NCBI GenBank assembly: GCA_002633005.1
Contig: NMRA01000481.1
Span: 268,715 to 332,714 of the forward strand
Length of the DNA stretch: 64,000 bases
Direction: 5' to 3'
Origin: Phoronis australis
Taxonomy: Eukaryota > Animalia > Phoronida
A model generated the notes under the pieces. The model was not told the DNA's origin. It saw only the letters and a program-made list of their open reading frames with translations, and searched no databases. The position numbers were made by a program, and so were the translations under genes. How positions within the stretch are numbered: position 1 is the stretch's first letter; each line of letters opens with the position of its first letter. Positions 1 through 11,372 of the stretch are shown here, one piece after another.

Positions 1-28
1 CTTCCTGTAATGAAACAAAACACAAAGG
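1..28 (-). other. Splice acceptor; an exon runs out of the left edge of the window
   Basis: Minus strand reads cctttgtgttttgtttcattacag|gaag, with AG at 6-5. Confidence 0.45.
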
Positions 29-1706
29 TCAAGTGAAGAATGGAAAAATATAAACCCCATCGCCTTAACGAATATGCCATGTTTGTTTGGGTTTATGTTA
101 AAAAACCAGGAGTGTGGTAAGCCAATGGCACAACAAAGTAAAAGTGGTCAAAGTGAAATTGTTGAAATTTAAGGGTGGGCGATCAGCAAAATGTTGACGG
201 TCAGCTGAATGTGGGCGTCAGCCTGAATGTATACAGTAAATTTACAGCAGATATGCAGGCATAATTTGGGAGAATTCACAGGTGACATATATTTTCCCTA
301 TGGTTGCGTACTCCAGAGTAACACGCCAACTTCAAGCAGTGATACAGAGAAGGATGAAACCATCCACACAAAGCTGGTTGAGCAATTTCAATCCTGGGAA
401 AAGGTGTTAAGCAAATACCACTGACCACATTCATCAATGTCATGAAACAAAAACTTAACCCAGAGTAAACGGTAAACTGGCATTCACAGACAACCAGTCT
501 TGGCATGCCATCACCTCAGAATCTAGGTAAACGAGAGAAAATCTTTTCAACTAACATTTCAACAGCATCAACACATTTCCAGTCCAAGTTTGGACGCCAG
601 TCTTCACGTAGTTCATATGTTCGTATATAAAACACCACCATGAGAAAGTTAAGTCAGCCTGAACGTTTAAAGAGATAGGAGAGAAAGGTTTTGACCTTGG
701 ACTCAACATGGCCTTTTTCTGGAGATTAACTTGAGACAAAACTGCCGCTACAAGATGAATGTTTCAAATTAAATGCCATTTGTTAGGACACAGACTGAGG
801 ACCCGATAGCCTATATCACACAAATTACTCATTTTCTGGTCATTACGGTATAGACATCTGCTAAAAAATAGCTTTCTATAGGTATGAAACAATCAATGGC
901 GCTCTTTAACAAAAACCAGAACACAGCCTTTAGTCTTTAGGACAAGACCTTTAAATGCCTATACCTAGTGCAGTTAAAGCGCATTATATGGATCCTTTGA
1001 CAACTAAGTGTTCTTCATAATTCATATTACTGACGATAATTGTTCGTGAACATTTAGCATACAATATGACGGACACACTGCAATTACATTTTGTTGAATT
1101 TCTCAATGAAAATGTACAGCATAGCAATTCTTTCTCAAACAATTAAAGAATTATGGAGTTCAAACGATCAGTATCACATTTTTGATTTTTGTCTCAATTC
1201 CAGGGCTCACATAGGACTGAAAAAGTATAGTAAACTTGGATTAGTCAGGGATGTGCAAGCCCAATTTCGTTACTCCAAATGTCAGCAGTACGGTTTTTCT
1301 AGATCATGCACTCAGCAGTTGGACTTTGCCTTACACGGACATATTCTCGCATATTTTGAACAAAGCTAAGATTCAAATTCAATGCTCATTCACAAGCTTG
1401 TTATGGATGACATCCCATCTGATTGCACACACTGGTTATCAAAACAGACACATTTTATTCTGTCCCCACAACAGAGAGTGTCCCAAACGAGATAAGCCAG
1501 CGACCCTTAGGAAAGGCTATATCATGTTTATCTATACACAAACCTATATACAGGACTATATAGACAGATACATTATTCTTTGATAAGCGACCCTAGAGTG
1601 TAAAACAAACTGAACCAGGATGTTTGTCACACAATAATTCTACAAATTCTCATAAGTATGATTATCAGCAAGAGATTTAGTTACCAAAAATTTGATATCA
1701 CACTAC

Positions 1707-1797
1707 CTTGTTTTTAATATGAACAGGCTCCACATTTCAGAGCCCCATTCTGGTAAAGGCTCCATCAGAATTTTGCGGAATTTTGTTTTTAAAAAGC
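1707..1797 (-). other. Possible further exon of the minus-strand gene
   Basis: ttatcacag| and AG|gtagtg. One frame is open (FLKTKFRKILMEPLPEWGSEMWSLFILKT) but I recognise no homology. Confidence 0.22.
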
Positions 1798-1963
1798 CTG
1801 TGATAATGAATGCTCTGCTTAACACATAGTTGCTGATTTTTAACTTCCCAACTTAAAGGACCATTTCGGCAATGTTTAGCTGGTAATGTTGAACTCTTTA
1901 CCTGAAACGCTTTGGGGATTAAGGTAATGTCATGCCTTCCCTACCAAGGCGAACTTTGGAGTA

Positions 1964-3361
1964 CCATATTCGCCGTAATAACCGCCCATGCCCCTATAAG
2001 CGCCCCCCACGCGTTTTCAGACTTTGCTGAAATAAGCGCCCAGTCCATGAACGTGTACATGCGAACAGTCCTAAAACTCGGCTACAGTAATGTCTTCAAT
2101 TTATCAAAAAATTTTTGCACTGGTCTTCTAGACCACCAGCGGCACTGCTACGTTTGTATTTAGCCGTGACTTTACACTTCAAAGTAACGCAGCGCTTCAA
2201 AAAGAACACAACAGCGTTGCTACGCTCTCGCGATGACCGTGTCCCACTATGGTCTGACCTTTCAGTAGACACATCGACTGTCTCATGAATAAAAATAACT
2301 CGGTGTTAAATGCACGTGGCCAGGAAGCGCATGCTATATACATGAACCTGTCATCAAAGACATTAGTCGGGAACTATCCATTCATGAAACGGGTAGCATA
2401 GCATCGATAAGAAATGAATATTGGCACTAATTTCCGACAATTTCTAATACTATAAAATGTTTCGAGTTATTTTTGAGATGGATTGTTTGATTAACCATAA
2501 TTGGTGTTTTTAAGCCGAAAATCCGATAAAATGACAACTGACAGTGAATGCTTACAGATCCTTACACCGAAAAATCACTGTCAGATAGTTACGTACGCAT
2601 CCAGGTACACGGCGACTAATATGGGCCTTACCGAGACAAATGTCGAAAGTTTTTAGCACGAGACCGGCAAGTGCTGAATGAAACACGCTCTGGTTTAGGC
2701 CTACTGCTTGTGCAAATTTCTTTAGACACATCTAGTAGTTAGGTTGCGTGGCTCTGGCCAAAAGACGGTCTCTGCTTTGGCAAATGAACTCTGGTGACAC
2801 GCACGTGCTCGCTTACTCACAGACGAACTTCAAAACAAACATCACGTGACAACAACATGTGTGTTCGTCCAGACATTTTTCTTGCCGTGTTGCCGATCAT
2901 ACATGTAGATGACACGATGTTGCACATTTGTACTTAAACCTGCCGTTAATCCAGACTCCACGGGAACTTAAAAAAATCTTAGAGACGCTACTTATAAAAC
3001 TTAATGAGGATTTCAGGTAATTTGCTCGAGTCGAAACCATTTTTATTCGATCATTGAAGTCACCATATCCAAGACGGCGATTTCGAGGCAGTCCGTCGGC
3101 GAGTTTTCGCCCTCGGATTTCAGCACAATTTTCTGTAAAATGATCGTAATTTAGCAGCAAAGTTTGATAGCAATGCACCACAGTTTTGTTGAAAGTCTTT
3201 CATAGTTTACATATACGTCACAGAGCGTAAATTTTGATGAATCTTAGCTTCCGATTTCACCCGTTTCGGAGACCTGGTTTCAACCGCCTTGGGTTATAAG
3301 AAGCGCCCCCCCTGAACCGAACTTTACTAAGAGCCCTGGGCGGTTATTACGGTGAATATGG
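1964..3361 (+). mobile_element. Non-autonomous Tc1/mariner-superfamily (Tc2/pogo-like) DNA transposon, copy A
   Basis: TA|CCATATTCGCCGTAATAACCGCCCA ... TGGGCGGTTATTACGGTGAATATGG|TA: ~25-bp TIRs with a TA TSD. No transposase ORF. Confidence 0.85.
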
Positions 3362-5134
3362 TATTAATAATTGACACATGAAACTATACATTTATAAAAT
3401 CCATGATAATCACGGAATCTTATCATGTGTATAGAAGCAATCATAGTGATTTCTGTGAAAAATCGAGTTGTTACAAAAAATGCAGTCACATGGTTGTGAA
3501 CACCTGGGCAATAGTTTTGAGCACATAACAAAATTCTGTGATTATCAAGGATTTTTAAGATGTTTCGTTTTACAGGCCTACAATTAATACCTAAAATGTG
3601 CCTTAAGAAATTCAATCCTTAACAATGATATCCTTGTTACTCGAAAACATTACCATGAACTATTTTCAATAGTTGCCAAATCAGCTCCTATGCATTGTAA
3701 GTTGGGGGCAATATTTCAAATTTGCAATTTTTGAGTTGGCCAACCCCAATAAACTTCGAAGCATTTTGGTGGATTGCTGATGGCTTTGATGTTCTTGTTG
3801 GTAAAAAAATTGAGTGTGACAATGGCGAAGTGCGACATTTTTGTGATGCCATTTTGGCGATCACTTTCAAACGGTCCAACCCCATTTGGATAAACCAAGC
3901 AATGTAGAATTTTCAAGCATTGCACACTTCATAGACATAATTCAAAATCACAACCTACAAGGAAACGAGACTTCATTATCATACCAATCAGATAAGCAGT
4001 ATTTAGGTGGCATCCAATAGCAGCTCAATTTATCTTCCCGAGTATCATTAAAAATTGGCGCCTCCTGGGTTGGTGGGGTGACTGGGCGTTTTGAATTTGT
4101 ATTGCACGTGAAGGCTACATATGATTGTGCTAGTCGATGACAGCTTGACCCACTTTTTGCTCAGTCATGGCTTTTCATCAACCTTTACTACTTGCAATGG
4201 GGAAGTTGAATTTTGGCAGGAACTTCAGGTACCCTTCAGACAGTTTGATTTTTTTTAAAATCTGGCCGCGTTGACATCCACCCGATTTCTATAGTCTGGA
4301 GGCTTTTGGCAGTCTGAGCACACTGTCCCTCAGTTCTTAGAAATCACGTGTGAATTGTGACTTTTGGGTGAAAACTGTTGTGCATTTTGGTTCCCTTTTT
4401 TACATTTGAGATGTGGTAACTGTAAAGATGGAGAAATCACTTTGGAATCAGTTTCAGTAGATTCTGTGCAACGTTTGGAAGTCTCTGGCCCAGTATACTG
4501 TTCATATTTATAGGTTTTGCACACCGGCATGCGGACCAGCATTGTAGGTGCATAACCTGATTTTCCACCAGAGAACGAAGAAAATTTTTATTCGTTATTA
4601 CCGCAGAAAGTCTTGCAGCACTATAATCTTCTGACACAATATAATTTCTTTTACTTATTTACGACTCTTTCTATTGAGAGCATATCAGTCTCGCGTGATT
4701 GAATATCGTTACCGTGACCTCTACCGATAATTTGAGGAAGCTTCGCTCTGATTGTTCCCACTGCATCGAAGCTTCGCTTTTAAATCCTACTATTTTCGGC
4801 AAAGTTTTGCTTGCAGATTAACTACCAGAGTTAACCTTCCCTCTTACCAAAACTTCGGTAAAAGCGAAGTTTAACTTCTAATGGGAAAGCATCTAGTGAG
4901 TATGAATAGGGGATCACATATCAAATTCAACTCTCCTCTTTTGCAGGAGAAAAAAGCCGTAACCTTCGAAAATCCAACCAAGCACAGTGGTTCTGGGAAC
5001 GATTAATCATACTATACCTAGCACATGTTAGAATTTTGGCCAGTACATGTGATCGGCATGTGGTGCAAACTAGCAAACACTGTCAAGTACCACCATATGT
5101 CAACAACTAAACTGTCTCCAATCTATGTTGAGTA

Positions 5135-6606
5135 CCGTATTCACCCTAATAATTGCCCATGGCCCTAAGAAAAATTTGTTTCAGGGGGGCACTTATTGTA
5201 ACCCAAGGCGGTTAAAACCCGGTCTCCGAAAAGGGTGAAATCGGAAGCTAAGATTCATCATATTTACGCTCTGTGACGTATCTGCAACCTAATAAAGACT
5301 TTCTACAAAATCGTGGTGCATTGCTATCATACTTTGCTAAATTACGGTCATTTTACAGAAAATTGTGCTGAAATCCCAGGGCGAAAACTCGCCAACTGAC
5401 TGCCTTGCAATCGTCGATATGGTGACTTGAATGCTTAAATAAAAATACAGATTCGACTCAAGGAAATTACCTGAAATCCTCCCTAAGATTACATCCCTAC
5501 GATTTTTAAGTTCCCGTAGAGTTGGGATTAACGACAGGTTTAAGTACAAATCTGTGCTACATCATGCCAACTATGACTGGCAACACAAGAAAAATCTCTG
5601 AACGAACACAGTCACATGTTGTTGCCATGTGACATTTGTTTTGAAGTTCGTCTGCGTTTGTGAGTAAGTGAGCACGTGTGTGTCACTAGAGTTCATTAGC
5701 CGGAGCAAAGACCGTCTTTTGGCCACAGCAAATGCAATCGAACGAGCTAGATGTGCATTCTATCTAAAGAAATTTGCACAAGCAGTAGGCCTAAACCAAA
5801 GCGTGTTTCATTCAGCACTTGTCGGTCTCATGTGCTTAACGTTCGACATATGTCTCGGTAAGGCCATATTAGTTGTTGTGTGGCTGGATGCGAACGTGAC
5901 TATCTGACAATTATTTTTCGGTGTAAGGTTGTGTAAGCATTCACTGTCAGTGGTCATTTTATCGGATCTCTGGCTTAATAACACCAGTTCTGATTCATCA
6001 AACAATCCCTCTCAAAAATAATGCAAACATTTTTTTATGAAACTGTCGGAAATTAGTGCCAATATTAATTTCTTGCTGATGCTATGCCACCCGTTTCATG
6101 AACGGATAGTTCCCAGCTAATGTCTTTGATGACAGGTACATGTATATAGCGCGCACTTCCTGGCCATATGCTTTTAACACTAGCCAAGCTTTTTATTAGC
6201 CTTCAATTCGCGGTTTTCATGTGTACAAAGAACTTTAAATTCCTGTTGAAAGCAGGAAATATCTACAATACAATCCCGTTGACAAATACGCTACGTCTGT
6301 TCTGAAAGGCCACACATTCCTCGCAAGATCAGCAAAACTTTTGTGTTCATTTTGAGGCACGGTGGAAGTTTGAGGTGTATAGTCACGGCTAAATACCGAC
6401 ATAGCGGCGAGGCTCGTGGTCTACAAAGTCTGCGCACCATGATTTTTTCAGGACTGTCCGATGTTATTGATAAATTGAAGACGTTACTGTAGAATTTTAG
6501 GTCTGTAGGTAAGGTATTTCTCGCATGTACACGTTCATGGGCTGGGCGCTTATTTTAAGCAAAGTCTGAAAACGCTTGGGGGGGGCGCTTATAGGGGCAA
6601 ATACGG
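5135..6606 (-). mobile_element. Same family, copy B, inverted relative to copy A
   Basis: TA|CCGTATTCACCCTAATAA ... GGGGCAAATACGG|TA. The interior is collinear with the reverse complement of 1964-3361. Confidence 0.85.
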
Positions 6607-8099
6607 TAATCTTCTTTTAGTTCTATTAGTGTTGACCTGGAGTGATGATGAAAAGCAGATCTGAAGTTATGTACATGCACACGAAAAATCAGTACCAGTA
6701 AAGTAATGGCACCACCCGGTACTCAATCCCATGCCCTCAGCACAACAATTTAATATTGGATGTGGCCACAGAGCACCTGGCAGCACACAAATTACCGCAA
6801 CTGGCGCCACCTGGCATTTATTCTAAAAATACTTCCATTGAACTGTATTGTCCCTCAGCCTTCTCCCATGCGCCTTTCCAAAGCTCTATTTACACAAGGT
6901 TCACTTGACACGGGGACGGTGACACAGAACAGCTGATTGGACGTCAATATGTAAACACGACTGGCACGGAGCAAACTGACAGTGCGGCGGTCATTTCAGT
7001 CACTGATTTCAGAGATAGAGCAAGTTGCATTTGATGAGTTGCTCCGGTATCATCCACCCGACTGCGTCTAACCACAAACTGGAGCAAGGCATAAGTGATC
7101 ATCTTTCATTGCCCTTGTGCAATACCGTACATGTATACAGGCGATCACACTGTTTGGGACGTCTCCCATTGTCAATATGAACAAGTGCACTGTCCTTAAA
7201 TGGCTGACTTCTGTGCTGATCTTATTTGCATTAATATAGGGGGAGGGGGGGGGGAAGGACTGAAGTAGAACAACTCATGCCGTGGCAATTGTTCTTTGAG
7301 TTAAAACGACTCAAAACATATGATCCCTTTAAAATCAGCAATAAGCTCTTGGTATCAGCGGAAACTCAAACTTGCCTCCCCCTGCACAAGAGTTTAATAC
7401 CGAGCTAGAGAACAAATGTTTTCAGACCGGTTATTAAGACAGACCTTGATATCACTGTACTGCATGTCCTGAATAATCCCACAATCAATACTCCCTCATG
7501 CCACCCGGGTAATCCTGCATTCTAGCCGTTTAAATTATCTGGACATCAAACATTTCTGCCTCAATTATTCTCAACAGCTTTGAAAGACTTTTCTCAATAG
7601 AAAGACATCACTAAAATAAAAATGTATCGTTTTGAACGTATTTGTGTTTTTTACTGGTTATTCATAAAACTGAAATTCAATACCATTCAACAGTGGCGAC
7701 CATTTTGTTGGAACATCGGATATTATTTCAAAAATTACATGCTTAATTCTGGTTATTTTGAAAACATTTGATTGCGTGTTGATAGAGAGCATCATTAGGG
7801 AATAAGTTCAAACTATAAAAATGTACTGTTTGCAAATCAAGATAGGATTAATAAGTGAAAATGCACCACAAATACCTGATAGATTAATTGCTTACTAGGT
7901 CTTTTAAAACTATACTTATACAGTGTTGCAATGTCGCTGAAAGACTGAAAACGATTGAGAGTTATCTCTGAAGAACCAAGAACCGACACACTGAGCTGAG
8001 GGCACCTCGAAGCCATTTCTTTCAGTGGAAAAGAAAATTCATTGGTAAAACATCAACAAACAACCGTTCCTTACGACGCTGTATTCCATACATGCTCAC

Positions 8100-8133
8100 C
8101 TGCCTCAGGTAGAAGCAGAGGAACAGGACGCAT
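8100..8133 (-). other. Candidate 34-nt exon of the minus-strand gene
   Basis: cgtag| and CAG|gtgagc. Joined to the previous exon it gives MDWFMGCVLFLCFYLRQ, which looks like a signal peptide. Another frame (MRPVPLLLPEA) is also open, and the pyrimidine tract is weak. Confidence 0.4.
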
Positions 8134-8247
8134 CTACGCGTGATCGAACAATTCCGACTCCGGTATGCTTACTCCTGCATTACGAGCGCGTGTTCAGATG
8201 TGAGTGGGAACTTCTTTTCATGACAAAAATCTGGATTTACCACTTAC

Positions 8248-8317
8248 CCCATGAACCAGTCCATGGTGTCGCGGAGATATTCTGGTAACCTGTCCAGTTT
8301 GGCAGTCAACTGATGCA
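8248..8317 (-). other. Candidate exon of an unidentified minus-strand gene (ATG at 8264)
   Basis: Minus strand reads gtgttttcgtctgttcag| ... gacaccATGG (strong Kozak context) ... |gtaagtg. Confidence 0.5.
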
Positions 8318-8425
8318 CTGAACAGACGAAAACACAACGCAATGATCACATTAAATTATCCTAAACCGCACAAAATAAACCTAAAAACAGTCGATATTTT
8401 TACATTTTTTATCTGGCAGCAGATG

Positions 8426-9811
8426 CACTTCCGGTCACAGTTTATCTGAAAATTGCATTATATCGACCAATTTTCACATTCAAAGATTACAAAAATTATT
8501 CAATTCCTGCGTTGGGTGCAGTTTTTGATAAAAAAATACCTAATCAAGTACTTGTTGTTTATTATATTTTGCAATTTGTCGAATGTATGTTATTACCTTA
8601 AAAGGATATGACATCATATCGTGGGAATCACTTGAACAATGTAGAGTGGTTATTTTTGTCTGCAGGGTGGTTCTAAAATGTTTAATAGAAAATCAAGGAA
8701 ACATGAAATATATTAGATGGTAAGTGTTGGTTATATCTTCGAACTGATTTTGATGCGAATCAAAACTATTTCATTCAATGCTGATTTTTTTTCGGAAACG
8801 AATTTCTCTTTTCACTTGTGGTCGATCATGGGTCATTGACTCGTCGTTGATAATTTCCCTTTCAGCCTCTCGTTCAATATGCGTGGTGGTGCGGGACGGC
8901 TTATTCACTTAATTTGTAAGCAGTTGATATGGATACCGGCTGGACGCTGACATAAAATTTACCATTGGGCAAATGCATCGGGCCCTTTCATTAACTTGTA
9001 TTTGAAAAGGCCCGGACATGAACCAAATATTAACTCCTGTGACCCATGGACATGGTCATGTTGTGTCTCTACAGTCTACTCTAGTGAATCTTGCCCCTTG
9101 GCCTTGGATTGGTGCAAAGCTGTACAAATGCACAGCTTTGGAACGAGTTGGGCAAAAAGTGAGCGAAACAAAATCTTACACAAATTTACTGTTACTAAAC
9201 TGCTGGAAACTAAACACTCTTCCTTGAGTAGGCTAATTTGGTTTCCAGGTCAAAAAAGAATGCCTTCAGTCCATTATTCCGCAAAAGAATGCCTTCAGTC
9301 CATTATTTCGCAGTTAACTTTGTGGATAGATGATATGCATCAGCTTTGAGCACCATGAAATAGAACGCCATTTGTTGACGAATCTGTGTTTTGCCGATCT
9401 TTAAATCTAGTCGGTTGTTTTTTTCTCAAGATTGTGCGCAGTTCACAGTACATTAATTATCAGAAGTCGTTCAGTTCGTTGGTAGCTGTCATTATCTCCA
9501 AAAAGATGTTACTTTACAAACTGAAAACCGAGTAAATGGCACGTCAGCACTTGATTTGGTGACCTGCAGGTCACCAATGTGATCTCAAATTGTGTTTTGT
9601 GACCTGGGAAAACTTCCCATGAAGTCACCATGATGTACTGCGATTATCAAAGTCAGACAATAATTCCTTCTAAAGTTTCAAAGTTCATTGTTGACTTCCT
9701 AACTTTAAAATACTAACAGTTTTCCTAAATGTATTACCTTTCATTCACAATTGTTTGTTTATTTCATGAAATCAGTGCATTTGCCACCACATATAAATTA
9801 CAACCGGAAGT
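8426..9811. promoter_or_regulatory. Probable divergent promoter region between the minus-strand gene and LNX
   Basis: ETS/GABP-type ACCGGAAGT motifs at 8427-8435 (minus) and 9803-9811 (plus). Candidate LNX 5' exon donors at 8720 (GTAAGT) and 9967 (GTAAGA). Confidence 0.3.
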
Positions 9812-11181
9812 TAACAGACAGAAAAAATCGTGCAATATCGGCGAAATTCATGCCAGCAGCCCATGTGTTCTATGTTCGTTTGTCAGGGGGTGGAATGGAG
9901 TTACTGAGTTTGAGAATGAATGCATGCCTACATTTTAAAGATACTAATGGGGCAAACTGAAGGAGGGTAAGAGAATGGATGTTTTTTTTGGTCGACCTCA
10001 AATTTCGTTTGGTGTACTGGGATTTTTGTCAGGTCGCCAACTGCGACTTGGCATTTCGCTAAGCGTGCATGTCAGGAGTGTGCTGTTTTGAAATCAACAT
10101 TTCATTTTTCTTTGTTACAAAAGCTGGAAAGTGATGTAAGAAAATTTTATTTTTTTAAATGACCGTAAACAGACAAGGTAGGTACATGTGTATCATTTGA
10201 ATGTAAGAGTTGCAAAAACCTATGCACGCTTTGAGTTGCTAGATTTGGTTGTAAGATTTGTTGCGAGAGGGCTGCAAATAGAGTTGTGGTCAACTGAAAA
10301 AGCTCGCTTCGCTTAAACGATTGAGTGTTCATGTACATCGTGTGTTTTGTGGTGCAGTAATATATGGAGAGCTAGATGGCTTTAAACATACTGAGTCTGA
10401 GGACTGAGGCAACATTAAAAGATCAGATTTTTACTCAGTTAAAATTTCAATGATCGACTCGAGTCAACATAAAAATCTTAGATGCTGAAATCTAGTCACT
10501 AAAGAATTTGGCGTAAACTTTTTGATAAAAAGCGAATGTGTCTTTAAATGTTCCTGTCTCTAGTTTACTGAAGTGTCATGGAATTGCTGTATACCTATTG
10601 GACTTTCATTAGTTGCCAACATTCGAGAATAAAAATAGAGTGGGATTCATGGATTGAAAAAGCACGGTCTGTGAGGAAACACACTGGTTCTGTCTCCATT
10701 GTAACTCTTGAAAATGTCCCAACAGCGTTTTAAGTCTTTCACAAAATGAATGGAAGTCAATTTCATTGTGCGTCAAAAAGCGGGAGATTTTGATAATGTG
10801 GCAGGATTAGAAAACCTTCAAAATGCAATATAGCATGCCAAAAGCAAGTGCGAAATTTCTGAAAACTTTCCGTGCTAGAAAAATTAATATTTCGTCAATT
10901 TGTATTTCTCTGATGGAATGGGTAACTTCTGTTCTTTCTCTGATAGCAAAGGTCCAATTTGAATCACGTGATCAAGTTCTCCGCAAGACTGCAAAAATGC
11001 AACCTTTCAGAAAACGCGGGAAGTTGACCTAAGCAGAGTTATGCATGATTTCAAAATATGGCTATTTTAGTATTTACGAAAAATAACATATCTTGACGAG
11101 GATGCCGAGAATGAAAACTCATTTTTCTAGATAGTGTGTGGGCGTTGGGAAAATCTTCAATGACATTTGTTTGACTTTCAG

Positions 11182-11372
11182 ATGACGTTGAATCGTTCAA
11201 ACAGTTTCGAACGACAAGACAGTTTACGACTGTTAAAAAAAGGAGTATGCCGCAAATGCGGCCAGTTGCACCAGGCCTCTCAGAGCCACCTGTATGACTA
11301 TCAGCAAACTGTTGACGATGACCTGGTGTGTGCGATATGTGTACAGCCACTCGTGGAACCAATAGATACCAG
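11182..11372 (+). CDS. LNX2: LNX exon 1: N-terminal Zn finger (CRKCGQLH..H) and first half of RING (CAIC)
   Basis: tttcag|ATG acceptor and AG|gtgtgt donor (phase 2). Encodes MTLNRS...[42 protein letters not shown]. Confidence 0.9.

Noticed and set aside
4437-4557. Possible terminal exon giving a short secreted peptide with the 8264 ATG
   Set aside because: The acceptor is purine-rich (ggaaaatcag) and nothing supports coding potential.
9255-9312. 29-bp tandem duplication (similar short repeats at 38550-38652)
   Set aside because: Ordinary slippage duplications.
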